Positions 44,252 to 44,432 of a stretch of 44,432 nucleotides of DNA are shown in pieces. A program made the translations under genes and the position numbers. Positions within the stretch are counted from its first letter, which is position 1, and each line of letters opens with the position of its first letter. Source of the DNA: Nemertoderma westbladi (taxonomy: Eukaryota; Animalia; Xenacoelomorpha); contig JAUCBJ010005079.1 of NCBI GenBank assembly GCA_032718475.1, forward strand, positions 1 to 44,432. The letters run 5' to 3'. The notes below the pieces were generated by a model. The model saw only the letters and a program-made list of their open reading frames with translations. It had not been told where the DNA came from and searched no databases.

Positions 44252-44432
44252 GTGTTGATTTTATAGAGGCTTGCTTTTAAATTTTAAATTTTGTGGTTTG
44301 AGGGGGGGGGGGGGGGGCTTTTCTGTTATAACGATTTTTATTTCACTTTAAGAATGATGTAGTCCTACTCTACTTGCACTATACCATTAGCAGTTTAATA
44401 AATGGAAGGCCAAGGGGTGTGGAGGGGAGGGG

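Overview
Eukaryotic (probably invertebrate animal) genomic DNA, almost entirely intronic. Two coding exons of a minus-strand protein-L-isoaspartate O-methyltransferase gene (PCMT1/PIMT; 42655-42791 and 15996-16122) flank a 26.5-kb intron. The intron holds a nested stack. A Ty3/Gypsy (Mag-like) LTR element (16794-40031, 211-bp LTRs, GGCGC TSD) sits in a 22-bp minisatellite. A BEL/Pao element (19536-33118) interrupts its pol. A full-length RTE LINE (33333-36847) with an intact ORF then inserted with a ~361-bp target-site duplication. The left 16 kb holds LINE fragments, TIR elements, a diverged inverted repeat pair and a possible Penelope-like remnant. The most novel-looking system is the BEL/Pao element. 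Its long LTRs carry arrays of two structured-RNA modules: a k-turn/UUCG hairpin, and a loop-E/GAAUA-pentaloop hairpin whose flanking stems change sequence but keep pairing. It also has a 63-codon uORF coupled to gag and, where env would be, a ~708-codon ORF with a DEDDy (WRN/RNase D-like) exonuclease domain and an Arg-rich tail. All assignments were made by eye; no searches or folding programs were run.
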